Positions 25,841 to 39,611 of a stretch of DNA of 64,000 nt are shown one piece after another. The position numbers were made by a program, and so were the translations under genes. The notes below the pieces were generated by a model. It was not told the origin of the DNA. It searched no databases and saw only the letters and a list, made by a program, of their open reading frames with translations. The DNA is taken from the NCBI GenBank assembly GCA_973895155.1, contig OZ316896.1, forward strand, positions 10,964,795 to 11,028,794. Reading direction: 5' to 3'. Position 1 is the stretch's first letter; each line of letters starts with the position of its first letter. The stretch comes from Marsupella aquatica (taxonomy: Eukaryota; Plantae; Marchantiophyta).

Positions 25841-27519
25841 CTTGTCCTGTTTCAACTGGTTGGCCCTGGGCTAAAATTATACAGTTGCACCCTTTGCTCT
25901 CGGTAAAACTCGGAATGGCTACCAAAAAAGCATCCCCTTCTCGAAACACGGATTGTCGAATAACCCGCCGCAATGACTGGAATGCCAAAATGATAAGTTA
26001 GAGGGGTGCTACCTCGGCCAACTTAGTCAATATCGCAAGACAAACAACCAAAAATGAGTAATCAAAAGACTGTTTGATGTCCTTGTAGAATTTTACACTA
26101 TCCTGGCAATTGTCTTGCGATCATATGAAGTGACACACAATAGAGTGTGCCTTCGAGCTCCTGTACTAGCAAGAGGAGCGCGTTCCAAGCCTTCACTAGC
26201 ATTTTTATCTTCGATTCGTATATGAGTCCTACAACCTTTAATCGTATGGACAAAAGTTCTAAGGTTCGACGGAGTCTCGGATATCACGACATGATTGTTC
26301 GATATAGATATCATCCTTTAATGGAAAATGAAGCGATAGGGCTTGTGACAGGAAGCCGAAACGTGAAGATTCACCTCACTGTGGTTCATATGAGATGGAG
26401 TGCAAGCTTTGCCACCACCAATATCCAGGACATCATCGGCTCACACAACTTACCTAGAGCGACATATGTAACTTTTTCGGCCAATTGTCCCCCGAATCTC
26501 GATTTAACCCCACCCCAACATGGGAATCAATGTCCCAAAAATGACATGGAGGTCAGATATTCGTTCCCCGGCATAGCACTTCAGACCTCTCCATGGTGGC
26601 TATGGCTCCAACTCCGTCTCAACCTCCCGTTAGTGACGCCACGATCTATAAACAACGACCAAGTTACCTATTAGAATATGTAACAAACAGAACATGGAAA
26701 TGCTGGTCTCATGTGATTGATGGAGCATTATCTGATTTCAGAGGATAACGATGCGTACTGTCAGGATCCAATGGATGTTGTTTGCACTTGCAAACGGAAT
26801 TCGAGTGTCATCTATGTGGTCAAGGTTGTGAACATGTGAACGCAGAAGCTCATGCAGTAGCGATCGTCTTCAAGAGCATCATTATTGGAAAATATGCAAA
26901 AAGTGCGCGCATTTCCACCTCCTTAACGTCGGCAACCCTCCACGGCTCCTACCCCTCGTTGAAGAACAAGCACACTCGAAGCTTTCTTGAAGCTTTCTTG
27001 GCCTTTTGCCATTCCAATCTCACTGAGACCAGATTCGGGTTGCCTACACGATGAAGCCAGAAATCTAGGTAGTAGGCGACGAATTGTGCAGTACAGACAA
27101 TGATGTACACAACCCAATAAACAAATATGACAAGATCCCCTTGAAGTCGTCATCGATTCACTCAACTTGCGTGGGTGCCAAATATTGTATTCTTGAGTGA
27201 CCAACATGCACTGTGCAGGTGCACGGATTGTTAGGGAGCGTAAGAAGCACATTGTAAGAAAATAATCTTTCGTGATTGCTGTCAGGATGCCACTGGGTGG
27301 ATGTTCTCACATGATTCGCACATAATTGCCGTACTCACTTTAGGGCCGGGTGGGCCTGCAGCCCCTCTACCTGCTTGCCACCCTCTTGCCCTCCTTCCAT
27401 CTGCCTCCCCCTACGAAACTTTGCACCGCTTCCTCCAAAATGATCTCGATTGCTCATCCCTGCTCATCCCTGCTCCAGGCGTTAGCCACCGGAGTATCCG
27501 TCCAGGGCCACCGCCATAG

Positions 27520-27745
27520 CACGCTACCATTGGGGGTACACTCGGCTCTGTCTAAGCCCACACTCCATCAGTGCATACCTGGTTAAGTGCAGGACACGCT
27601 ACAATTTGGGGTACACTCGGCTCTGTCTAAGCCCACACTCCATCAGTGCATAACTGGTTAAGTGCAGGGCACGCTACAATTGGGGGTACACTCGGCTCTG
27701 TCTAAGCCCACACTCCATCAGTGCATACCTGGTTAAGTGCAGGGC
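27520..27745. repeat. 75-bp tandem repeat, 3 near-identical copies
   Basis: ACGCTAC.ATT.GGGGTACACTCGGCTCTGTCTAAGCCCACACTCCATCAGTGCATA.CTGGTTAAGTGCAGG starts at 27521, 27596 and 27671. Confidence 0.95.
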
Positions 27746-28369
27746 ATCTTGTTCTTCCCTTTTGTTCTACACGAATAAGTGCTTTTTGCACATCTTTTGT
27801 AAGCGCACATAGGCCTCAAATCATTTCACTGAAGGACAACTTTATAAGCACTTACCCTTGATAAACATCTATAAGCACTTATTGGTATATACACAATCCC
27901 CATAAATTGCATTTAGTGATCAATGCATGCTCATCCTTAGTAGATTTGAAAATGCACTTATGGAGTTTGGGCACAGAATTTAAGGAAGGTACTTATTGAT
28001 AAGTGCACTTTTTAGGGGGTGTGTACTTATCAAGGAACACAACACCTGGTTTAGTGCATGCTGAATCCGTCTTCCCAAGAGCTTGCCTTAGAGATAGTTA
28101 AATTGTAATTTGATTTCCTGATTTGTATGTACTCCTGATCTTTTTCAAATCAAAAGAGGTAAAAGTAGAGAATGTTTACTAGGGGGCCTCAATATTCAGG
28201 CCACGATTGCGCCGACAGCCGAGGCTGTATATCTGTCTTGACACCTACAGCCATGTGTCCTGGGCTGCATGTGTGTCGGGAACCACATTTTTGAAAGGGA
28301 CCCTGGCTACTGCAAGACGGGAGAGTAGCCGCATAGGGACGCAGAGTTGTAGTGAACTGGACTTTTCCC

Positions 28370-28788
28370 CTTGTCACGATGAGGCATTGAAGATATCAGC
28401 ATTGGCTCAAAAAGAAGTGGCAGCTGCCAATATTAGGTGGTCTCTTGCATACCAGAACAATTCAACTTTGGCTATGCTGTCGATGCCTCTAGAACACATG
28501 AGTCCAGAAATGCGCAAGCTATGGGAGGATTGGAAATTAGCCAAATCTATTCAATTGATTCACAGGGTGTCACACCAAAATGCATCACTTCTAGAAGCTG
28601 TTGGGCCATCCTCAATACCTGCCAACAATTCGAGTGTTCCACCTCCAATTCAAGTGGATACACCTCTGCCTAAATCACCAGCTCCAACTCCAATGCCCAC
28701 TGAGCATCCTGCAAATGATCTCGAAGTAGCATGGCTCGCACAAGAAATAGATCCACTTGCAGGTCCAGAACAGGCAACAATTTTGTAA
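28370..28788 (+). mobile_element. Fragment resembling the C-terminus of a PIF/Harbinger-associated ORF
   Basis: DEALKISALAQKEVAAANIRWSLAYQNNSTLAMLSMPLEHMSPEMRKLWE followed by a Pro-rich tail. It lies in an AT-rich TE-like block bounded by tta-GGGCC (about 27343) and GGCCCC-taa (about 29887). Resemblance only. Confidence 0.35.
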
Positions 28789-31700
28789 TGTGGATGATCT
28801 ATGGAACATGTTGTTTTTTTTTGTCTTGTAGTGATATGTAATTCAGTTCAGTACATGTAAAGTATATCACATAAAATCACATTATGACAAAGAAAGTACA
28901 AAGGTACTAAAGAGTTGAGTTGTGCACATACAGTACAGATTTTCACTTGCTTCTAGGTAATGACATTCAACTCCATTAAAACCATAAATTTTGCAAAATA
29001 AACCATGAGGGGAACTTAGTACACCAGATGTGCACATTGTTCAACTTCATTTCTTACACTCTCATGAGAAAAAAGAGAATTCACTAAGGAGTGATTGAAA
29101 AGGAACCATTAAACCTTGATGAGGGGAGCCAAATACATTCAAAATACTCTAAGTTCACTATAATTAAGAGGGGTCCTAAAGTTAATTCAAAATTAAATTA
29201 ATACAAATGATTTACCTTGTTAAGGCACATTAAAATCAAAATACTTGACACAAAATTTGAATGAGACAAAATATGAAAGGTGGATTCACCATATAGCAGC
29301 CTCAAAATCCTGTAATGTGGATGATCTATTACTCAAATAAAAAGCTTGTTGTTTGTAATTCAGCATTGTTCACATTTCTTTCAATATGTCAATTTAGTCA
29401 TTTGCATTTGCAGTCCAATTCAATCAGAGCTGCACCATTCAGACTTCCACTCCAATTCAATCAACTGTGCACATTCACACAATAAAAAAGCCAGAGAACA
29501 GACAGTACTTCACTTTGATTCAAAATTTCCATTTCAAAAATTGCCAGGCTAGATAGTCCATGGCAGTCATAGTTACAAGCTCACAGAATGAGCAAAATGT
29601 GCAAGTTGAAATAAAATTAAAAAAAATTCTTTGTCTTCCTCTATCAATTTGAACAAATCGTCCCTCCGTATTTTTGTGGCAGCCATGTCTGGCAATGAAC
29701 AAGCGCGCAAGAGCGCATCACACGTGAGTATGAGCAAAAATCAACCACAGATCAAGAATTGGTGTGTCTGTGAGAGGAACGCAATCCTGACATTTCCTGG
29801 TATGTTTTTTACTTGGTACAAAGTTGCTTACAAAATGGGGGCTTTTGGGGGCTTCCTCTGGGGATTGCCTTAAATGACCTTGGCCCCTAAACTCTTGGGG
29901 CCCGCAAAGGGCCTGCCAAATTTTGCCGATAGCGGTGGTGTTCCGCCAAACTGGTGGAGATGCTCTGAGTAAGTCTACTGAATTTTGGAGAGGAATGACT
30001 CAAACCAAGAATAGTCAGTATTCTCGAGCGTCTCACTATATGGATGTCTCCCCCATCACCTGCAATGTTTTTAGGCCTTGGACCCCCTAAAATGTAAAAA
30101 AAAATATTTAAAAAATTCAACCCCTATAAAGTTAGAATATTCTAACATTTTTGGTTAGAAAGACCCTAATGTTCTTATAAGTCTCAAAATTGGATTTAAA
30201 AGACCATATTGTTCTTCTGAGAAAATCCTTAAGTCTTCTCTTCGAACCAATAAAACGACCTTATCTTTCGTCGCACGTGATATGCCATTTTTGTGGAAGT
30301 GAAACCCCCGAGCAGCTATTATTTCAGTTCAATTCACCAAATTTTATGCGAGATTTTGTGTTTACAAAACAATGTACTTGTTGTATATGTTTATGAATTT
30401 GTCACTTAGTTTGGCTCCATCCAGTCTTTCTTGTCCAAATTAGTTTGAGGACCCCTTGGGTTATGCAAGTTTGATGTTAATAAACACTTTGGAGCGATGG
30501 AAAGTTGCATATTGGAATAGGGTTGAGTATGGAGATGAGAGGACATAAAGAGGAGACTATTCATGATAACAAGCCAAATGTTCCCATGGTATTCCTATGT
30601 CTATAGAGCCCATATGACATTCCATAGAGTCCATGCAAAATGTTAAAGTAGCCATAGGTATCTTACGTTCTATTGGTATTCTCATGGTAATCAAAGGGTT
30701 TCTTACATTCCATTGGTATTCCTCTGTCCATAGTAGCCGAAGAGTTTCTTATGTTATATTGATACCAGCTGAAAAGTTTCTTTCTACGGTTCATGGTTAT
30801 TTCAAAAGTTTGCCAATGAATCAAATTCAAAACTCAAACAATTTATAAGAAAACACTAATATATCAATGACAACCTATCCTAAGGTATTTTGGTTTTATA
30901 CTTGTTGTACCCCCTTTTTTGTTTGTTTATTTGAAGTGTTACTTTTCAGTTTTCAGATGTTTTTACAATTACGGGGTCTAACTGTTTTTCTTTGCCTTGT
31001 CTCAAACACAAATATTCCTGTTTGGTTCTTCTAACATAACTGACCGTTCTTGTTTGTGACCAATAGTGCTGATGTGGTTGCACATACTTCCAGGGATTTT
31101 GGAAGGAGCTTCTCATCAGGGTCCGTAACTATACTTTTCTTATCACTGATTTGGTAGTTGCATGGACCTGAATCAATCCATGAATCCGGTCTGTTGGCGG
31201 AATTCATGAAATTGATGTTCCAAGCATCCAAATTCTATGAGAAGACATTCATACTTTTTCCCAAAGAATCTAACATCTCACCAAAATTCATTGTTGGAAA
31301 TTGTGTACCTTCTCCCAAGCACAAAAGTGCTCAATCCTTTGAATGAAGTGAATGTTCCAGGATAGATTGTCTAAGATATGCATCTCTCTGGGGATCCAAG
31401 TGTGCCATAATTCTTCCTTTCATAGGTTCTGGTTGTGTTGTTCTTGCATTTTTTGGAACTGTAGGAAGACTTAAGATTTGTCAACACATCTGAAGGTCAA
31501 AGCTAGATATGTTTTTTGCTTTCTCATCTTCAATTTGATCATGGAGCAGAGCTTTGAAATTGAGGATCTGAATGACAATTTTTTTCAGGATCAAGTTGGA
31601 GTCTACAACTTTCAAGGAAGAGATCCGGCAAAATAGTGCTTTAAACAAGACCAAATGCCATCCTGGCATGGAGAGGGTTAGCATGCAAAGATGATATCCG

Positions 31701-32689
31701 AGCACAACATAGGAAGCTTGAAAAGCCAATTGAGAAAATTTTGTCTACAAAGATAGCGAGACTGTCATTTAGTCACCTCTGGAGCCTCTTATGCCCTCAG
31801 ATGTATCAGGTGTCAATGTTGATCAGCTTTCCCATAGGACACTAACTTGATTTCACAGATCGAGTGACAACGTTGTCAGACCAGCTGAAGTTATCATAAG
31901 GGCCCACGTTCCGGTTCATTTGGAACCATTGGCTGTTGCTCCACTTTATTGGAGCCATTGCCATGGTCACAGAGGTGGAGCTAGATGGTCTAAGGCCAGT
32001 TTCTGCTTATGCCCATCCTGGCCAGCTTATTGAACAGCTCAACAACCTCAAATTATTAAGCAGAGGAACATGTAGATAATGGATGGCAGGAATTAATAAT
32101 TTCTGATGCTAGCATGTTTCAAGGCTTGTGAGATGTGTCAATGATCTAAACAATTTCTGAAATTTTGGGAGATCGGTGTTGATTTGTTTGTTGCTTTTGT
32201 GAATTTAGAGTTACGTTACAGGTTTCCTCGTCATTGGTCCTCATCCAAGCCGCTATATTGCTCTCCTAAACTTTACCAAAGTTGGTGTCCTTGTTAGTTA
32301 TGTACTTCTAGGGTACTTACTACTCCTTCATTCATTACTAAACACTGACGTATCCGGTTACCAAAATTTAATGTGAAATCAAAATAAGAATTTTTTCAAT
32401 GACTTATTTGAATTTGAATTCCAAAGATAAGTAAAATGGTTAGTGTTATAAGTTTCATCTCTTCCTTTGAGTGATTATTCCTACGCTTAGGGTTAATCGC
32501 ATGTCAACCCAAAATTTACACAAAAATCATCAAAAATGTGATTTGTTTGGTTGTTTTTATTCATATAACTGTCATGTTCTGTTTGTCATCGACATTGCGG
32601 ACATGGCACTCTCTGGTGCCAGGAATTGTGCAAGCCTGTATGTACCCTAATGTGGGTCCATAATAAAATGCTTACTACTGTCTTCCCCT

Positions 32690-33870
32690 GAACACAATGC
32701 CTGGGTGCTCTGTTCAAATATGGGATTTTTAGGGTCCTAAAAGGAAAAAGTTGTTTTTCTTCAAATACAACATCGTATTAACACAATGTCTGAGCGTTGT
32801 GTTTGAAGTTGGCGTTGTGTTCAAAATTGCACCCTGTGGTTGAGAGATTTGAACTTGGCGCGGTGTTCAAATAGTTGGCGCTGTGTTCAAAATTGCACCC
32901 TGTCTTTGAGAGAGATCTTATCTTGTGTTTCCCGCTACATTCAAAGCTGAAGCAAAACTGAACAAAAAAAGTTGTCCACAGTTTTCGCAGCATCTGTAGC
33001 AATAGTCGCAACAATTCTGGAGCAAAAGCTCACACACGTACTCGACTAGAAGGGCACTCAACAACTTTATCTCCTTATGAAACTTCTTACGTGAATGTGC
33101 ACATGCACAAAGTTAGAAATCAGATCAATAATGAATCTCTAAACTCCTATTCTGACTTATCTCCTACAAATAGATTCATCAAATTTGTGACAGGCTTTCC
33201 TTTTGGTAATAGGATAGAGGTTCTCTTGGCTCTCTTCCCTTGTGTAATTTCAGTGTTTGAATTTGTTGAGCATAGACGACAATCGCAACGGCAAGCCCAT
33301 GAACCATCCAACGCACAAGAGTCGACACAGAGAGATACGTGGTTCACCTCCTCATGAGGCTACGTCCACGGGAACACACATGAGCTTTACTGCACTCTAG
33401 GCCGACCAACCATACCAAGCATCCACAACGCAAGCTCTCTCTATCTCTCAACTAGCTCCGTAACAATGAGCCTGAGTTCCCACTCTCCAAGCAAACACCA
33501 CTTGGTTATAGAGTTTGCACAGCATGACTAACCTAACCAAGTCTACGACTAAGGTTAGCCTTAACTACGGTACAGTCGTAACTCTAGACCTACGGTAAAT
33601 CCTAACAGAATTACCTACACATTCCCCAAAACTAAATTCTTTAAGACATCAGTTCGATATGTGAATTTTATTTGTGCTTACACCATAAATTAATCTCCTA
33701 GCCTTAAACACAACGTCTAAACTCAAACACAACTCAAACACAATGCCATTTTTCAAACACAACCTCACAAGTGAAAAAATCCAAAACCTTGTGACAAAAT
33801 TTGAACACAATGCCTTGGGCACTATATTCAAATATAGCGCCCCCTGCCCACTATTCAAATATAGCGCCTG
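32690..33870. repeat. Element remnant rich in GCGCTGTGTTCAAA-type motifs; hosts the solo LTR
   Basis: TGAACACAATGCC(T)TGGG...TTCAAATAT occurs at 32690 and 33802. GGCG(T/C)TGTGTTCAAAATTGCACCCTGT is repeated at about 32811 and 32877. AAACACAAC repeats lie at 33705-33765. Confidence 0.5.
33264..33607 (-). mobile_element. Solo LTR of the same copia family
   Basis: TGTTGAGC...CCTAACA, colinear with the 345-bp LTRs. Flanked by TSD GAATT (33259-33263, 33608-33612), with no PBS or PPT. Confidence 0.97.
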
Positions 33871-34655
33871 CTGTTCAGCAAAAGATGGTAGTAGGAGGAT
33901 GGGGCAAAGATGAAAGATGAGGAGAACAAAATAGATTCGTTTGCAATTTGTTTTTGTCGTATCTGTATTAGCATTGAAACTATGGGCATGTAGGCTCGTT
34001 TGTAATGTAAGCGCGAGCCTCTTGATTTGTCGCGCCGTGAACTTGAAGACAGCACCAGCAACCGGTAAAGTTGACCGGCAAACTATCGAGTGATCGACTT
34101 CCCTGCCGGTGGCCTCAACCCAAATGTGTTCTCCGACGCAGAGGTGAGGGCGCATAAAAATTATGCTCTACTAACGAGATTCCTTCTTTCTGTTTCGAAC
34201 GTCCAAAGGAAACGTTCTTATCCATCGACGACTCGTGGCGTTGACCAGCTGTATACCAGTGCTCCAACAATCTGCGATGGAGCCCTAAACCAATGGAACA
34301 AAGAAATTAATCGACGAATTGACGAAGAGAAAGCTGACTGGTGTGTGGGCACAGGTCGATCCATCCAGTTCGCAATTCGCAGAACGAGGTTCGTTGGTGG
34401 AAATACGGATCGTGATCGACTAATGTGAAATTGATAGGGCTGAGATTTGACCGCGCCTTAACAATTAAAGCGTTTTTGGCGCGATCCCGTCGGCAATGAT
34501 GCATCTGTCTTGGAGAGAGCTAGATTCGTATCGTGGGTAATGTTTCGCGTGTTTGGGAGTAGCTGTCTGTAACGTGGATCACAGTTCCGTATCAAGGCAC
34601 CGCGTCTTGTTCCAAATTTTGAGTTTCGTGCAGATCCCGTAGTTCGTCTCTCACG

Positions 34656-37600
34656 ATGAACTCCGCTCCAGGCAGCGGCCACTCGTTGGCGTTCAGAGTG
34701 ATGAGGCTCTGTCGGCCTGCAATGCACGTAGATATCGGGCTGCGTTTGGATCCAGGTGATTTTTCTCAGTTTCAAAACGCTATTTTCGGGCTGGGGGCCA
34801 TTTGTGGTTGGTCTACATCTAGCTTTCCTTCCTACAGTGAGGTGATGAGTACATGCGTTTGATGGTCCACTTCACTTTATACTCGATGTGGCAATTCACG
34901 GGTTACTCGAAAGGACGCGATCGAAAAGATCATTAGGTTGTGCATTTACAGCACAGTATAGACACGAGAATTTGCAATTGGCAGTAACACAGCAGGAAAA
35001 TAAATTTCTACGGTCAAAATAGGGTAAGAATACCATAATGACCAAGCGCTTGGCCCTGCATATCGATAATAATAATTTCCGAAGGTGCTTTCTATTCTGA
35101 GTTTGTCGTCTGTGTCTTGCTTGCTTGGTTTCTTGCAGTGGACTTGATGTGTGGAGAAGACGATGTTCAAAAGATTGTGGAGGGTCCTGATGTTGAAGAA
35201 GCGAAAGAGAAGACGTCGTTTTGGAGAAGAAGTGAATTACAGGAGCCAGTTGATGCGTTAGGACTCTCAGGTCTTTTGGTCCTCCCTCAAACTTTTGGGT
35301 GGGTTTCAATGCATCTTCTACCTTTCACGTTGATTCTCGAGTGAGGGGCAACTGGAGGATGAGGTCCAATAGATCAATTGTGGTGTTTCATCGGGACATA
35401 AAGTCTTTAGCAATCGGCTTAGACTGAGGTTTGTGATGGTATAGAGATAACAAGTATTACTAAGGAGACGAGAGTAAATTGATGTCCATTGTTGTCTGTT
35501 GTGCAGGTCTATTTATCTCGGGGAAACTTTCTGTAGTTACATTAGTGTCGGAAACCATACAAACCACGATGTGAGAGATGTTGGAGTGAAGGTACCTCGC
35601 AGGCCTCCACTATACTTGCTTAATATTTGTTGCCAAATTTGGGCTTTATTGTATGCCGAGTTCACCTGCACAGCCTGCAGGCCTTCATTTACCCCACGGT
35701 CCCATGCTGTTACAAGAGCAGAGAACCCCTATCAATGTAGTGGAGGCATCCTACCATTGATCTCTCATAGAAGACCTTGTGATACGGAGCTGGAATGATG
35801 CAGGCAGAGCTTCAAACAGAGCGGCAGAAGCTGATTCTTGCAGATAGCACGAAATCACCACTTGATTACATAAGGGCAGGTGGTCGTTACGATTTCATAA
35901 TAGAACATGACATCAAGGAACTGGGACCGCACACGTGAGTTCAACTATTTTGCTCCCAAAGCATTTTTGTAGGTCTTATCTATTACTTCTGGACATACAT
36001 TTGCAGAGCGGCAAATGGAAGTAGTTCTTTGATTGATATCATACGAAGAGATGTAAGATCGATTAACGAAAACGCTGGAATCTTCATACCATGTTAAGAA
36101 ATCATCGAGGATATTATACAAGGAACAAGAGAAACATGCCTCTTCGGATTCCTTGTTAGTCTCTTGCGGAGAATCCGCAAAGCGACGAGTTCATGGTGGC
36201 CACTGACAGTTTATAGCACTGCTGTATTTTTCAGGCTTGTTTGCATGGCAGTATACACAGATTCAGATGGCGAACGGAAGTATTTACCTCAGTACTTCAA
36301 ATTTATGGCGTCGAATCCCCTTTCAGTTCGGACTAAGGTAGGCAATGTTTCACCTGTTTGATTCAATCCCCTTCTTAAAATGGTTAAAAGATGTATCTTT
36401 GATTTGCTTTGGAACTTGAACGTAGTATGATGTCTAGCTGGGCACCCTCTTTATGGAGGAAGAATCTGAGAGGATATTTTGGAAGCAATATATTTGGCTG
36501 ATTTCCTTCTTATCTCTGTTGTCTCTCTGCAGGTGCGGGTTGTGAAGGTGAGACTCGCAAGAGACCGTGTTTATCAATGGGCTCGTTGATCTTCCCTTAT
36601 AATGAGTTCAATATCTCGTCACAGAAAAAGTGATTCGCTCCTTGAATAATCGTCATGCAGGATGTGACATACTTGGAGGCTTGCATCGAGAACAACACGA
36701 AAAGTCATTTATTTTTAGAGTATGTCAAATTTGACGCAGTAGCCCCGTTATTTTCCAAAGAATTGGAGCCTGACGAAGATTCCAAAGATGATTTGGACGG
36801 CATTCTACGGTAATACTCTAAACCAATCCAGGAAGTTCACTGACCTCGCCCTTGGTTTGGTAAAACTGGCTTAAGTCTTGAGCATTTACTGTTGGGAAGG
36901 TAGGCAAGTTGAAAGTCTGAAATCTCTCAGATTTCCAAAGGTTCACTTCAAAGTCCAAGTGTTAAACTCCCTCATCCCTTGCGTGCACTCTCTTCTGCCT
37001 TCCATACGGATAACTTATTTGTCCGTGATGCCTATAATTTCGCGACATTAGTGGTGTCCCACCAATGTGATTGGGACTGAAAACGAGGACCTTAGGATCT
37101 CCATTCAAACATTGAACTCAGCGAAAAATCCATCCACTGCCGGAAATATTCGCTTTCCGAAACCTTCACTTCAAAAGCCCTCTTCGAATTAGAATGGCGT
37201 GCATTTACATTTGCGCTGTAAAATCGAAAGGATGGGGAGTAGTTGAGTGAGGACATGGATAGGACCATTGCTGTTTTCAACAATATGCCTACGATATGGA
37301 CCATCAATCAACGTTTAAGTTTACAAGAATCAAATTCAAAGAGATTTCATAGCCTTGTTAGGTGCAACGGCAGAAATAATGTCAATGATCCCAATTATAA
37401 GTCTTCTAGTTCAGGGTTTTAATAGCAATGGACAAGATCCCACTCAAATCTCCTTGATATTTAAACCTCGTGATAAGCATATCCAAATTGTGGAAGCTTT
37501 AGTGGTAGAGAGTTCGAGAGTAGGTTTGCACGTATCTCGAGTGACTGGATACCTGGGCCTGCACGAATGACATGGTCCTATTGGATGCATATGACTCATC

Positions 37601-39611
37601 TATTTTATATGTCAGTGGAATCAGGCGTCATTTCGTCATGAACGCCGGGATCATTATGCACCGTATAGAAGTGTCCCTATTATTGCTTAGGAACTTACAT
37701 CACGCGTATGTGAGTAATTGTTCCTGTCCCAAGTATCCCCACTCCTAGCGTGAGGGCCATTAAGCTTTTTGATTAGGATATCTGCCAACTCATTCTAGAG
37801 CTAAATGTTAAATTTAGCCCTTCTGGACTTCTTTCGATGCCTTTCATGAGATTATCTCATCGTTTGGCACGGAAAACGGTTCTCCGAGGACATTCCTCAA
37901 AGTCGAATTTCGGTATTATTTCTAAAGTAGCTATATGGCCAAAGAAGCCTTTGCCTGCCCTTAGCTTTGATGTTGGACCATTGTCCCTGCTCCTACATTG
38001 CATGGCCTATGTCAGGTGGCTGCTGTACTTTCTACTGTCCCAGAGTCTTTTATCTAATTCTGCTCTGGTTCTCATGAGATGCTCAATGAAGAGGATACAC
38101 TCAACATTCTGTTTCTTTCTCATGTCCAGTGGCCTTTTCAGTAAGGTGAAGCTTGTCAGAGGAAATGGTGGAACTCGGCATTTTCTTTATGAACTGAAAC
38201 GACCTGGAGAGTCTGGTTCTTTAAAGACTGGGATCACCAACGCCCTTGGAAAGCTGGAAATACTATGGAGGACAACCCTTGGTGAACCGGGCAGGCTGCA
38301 GACCCAGCAAATTATGGGCAATGTAAGCTGCCAGTTTCTAGATGTGGTTGGTTTTGTTTCCTGCTGACATATCAAGGAATAGTGTGCAGCTATATGCTCC
38401 TTTCTGTACGTTTCTAAATATGAAATTGGCGGGCATCGTCCTCGGTGCATTTGGAAGTAATCGTAGCGATCATGAGTTGTGCACATCGGGATTTTGAATA
38501 ATTAGCAGGGTGCTCAGATTCTAGCATCAGGGCGTAAATTTGTTCATATCTGACCTGCTGTTTCTTGAGGTGAAACAGCCGATTCCTCGCAAAGATGTGA
38601 GTTTGGAGATTGTGGAGTTACCATCTCGCATTGTTCTGGAGCGTGCTTTTTTGGTGAGAAAGTGTTCTTTAGACTTGTTTACACGCAGATTACGTACTTC
38701 AACTGGTGATATTACCTGTGTTCTTCAACAGTCTACCGTTACGATAAATGCACTGAGTAACGAATGAATTTCCTGCAAATTTCCTTGGGGTTTTAATGCA
38801 CTGGTTTGGTGGAGGTGCGTTTCAGGTGAGGTTATCTGTAAATAATTTTACAGATCGTAGGGTTGGTCCTCTTCAAATTTCTATGTTACAAGACGATACA
38901 CTTGGAGGGACAAGAGCAATAGTGGTCAATGGATTGTGGAACCTGGTATGCACTCTGAGTTGCGCCCCTTGTTTCGGTTACTGAGCTTTACGCTTGTTGC
39001 AATAATTCTAGATATGCCACAATTCCTAACAATACTCAAATGAGTACTGACCATCAGACGTCACTGGTCCTTGTTGTCTGGCCACCTTCCAGATTGTGCC
39101 ACAATTGGAACCTTGGGCTTCAACAGATGTTAATCTGGTACATTCTCTCTTCATTTTGACCTGTGAAAAGCCAATGAGAAATATCTGTTATGACTGGCAT
39201 TTTTTTGAATTAAGACGTCCTAGATCCCCTGAACTGAATGGACGAACATCAAGCTTTGCAGAGTTTGGTTGCTATCGCTGTGGGAGTACAGCGACTTATT
39301 GGGATCAGAGTAACTGATGTAAGGGACGGAAAGCCGTACGACACTCTCCCGCCAACTGAGGTACGAGTCAATATATTCTCTGTAGAGCTAATGACCTATT
39401 TTGTCAAAGAAATTTTTTAACTGCACGATATATGGAAGCACGATGTAAGGATGGAGCAGATAGTGCTCTCTAAATGTTTTGATTCTTCTCATCGTTTTCA
39501 ACGATGTGTTTGACGTCTGGGGAATTTCTACTTTATTATCTATTTCAGGTCTTTCATTGAATAACTCTCCATAATATTCTTGATTTGCAGGTTTTTGTGG
39601 AGACCCAGTAG
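34656..39611 (+). CDS. TRAPPC13: Trafficking protein particle complex subunit 13
   Basis: 13 in-frame GT-AG exons: 34656-34755, 35139-35298, 35507-35591, 35804-35934, 36235-36337, 36533-36547, 36661-36809, 38130-38322, 38579-38653, 38826-38945, 39093-39137, 39262-39360, 39591-39611. Plant TRAPPC13 motifs HSLAFRVMRLCRP, GLSGLLVLPQTFGSIYLGETFCSYIS, GGRYDFIIEHDIKELGPHTLVC, DGERKYLPQYFKF, WRTTLGEPGRLQTQQI and the end EVFVETQ*. Confidence 0.95.

Noticed and set aside
26147-26674. 175-aa ORF upstream of the hydrolase gene
   Set aside because: Non-ATG start, no domain signature, and it lies in the probable promoter/5' region of the opposite-strand gene.
27520-27745. CRISPR array
   Set aside because: Head-to-tail near-identical 75-bp units with no variable spacers.
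34090-34428. Extra upstream coding exons of TRAPPC13
   Set aside because: The conserved protein begins at ATG 34656 (HSLAFRVMRLC motif). Upstream frames contain stops and show no similarity I recognise.
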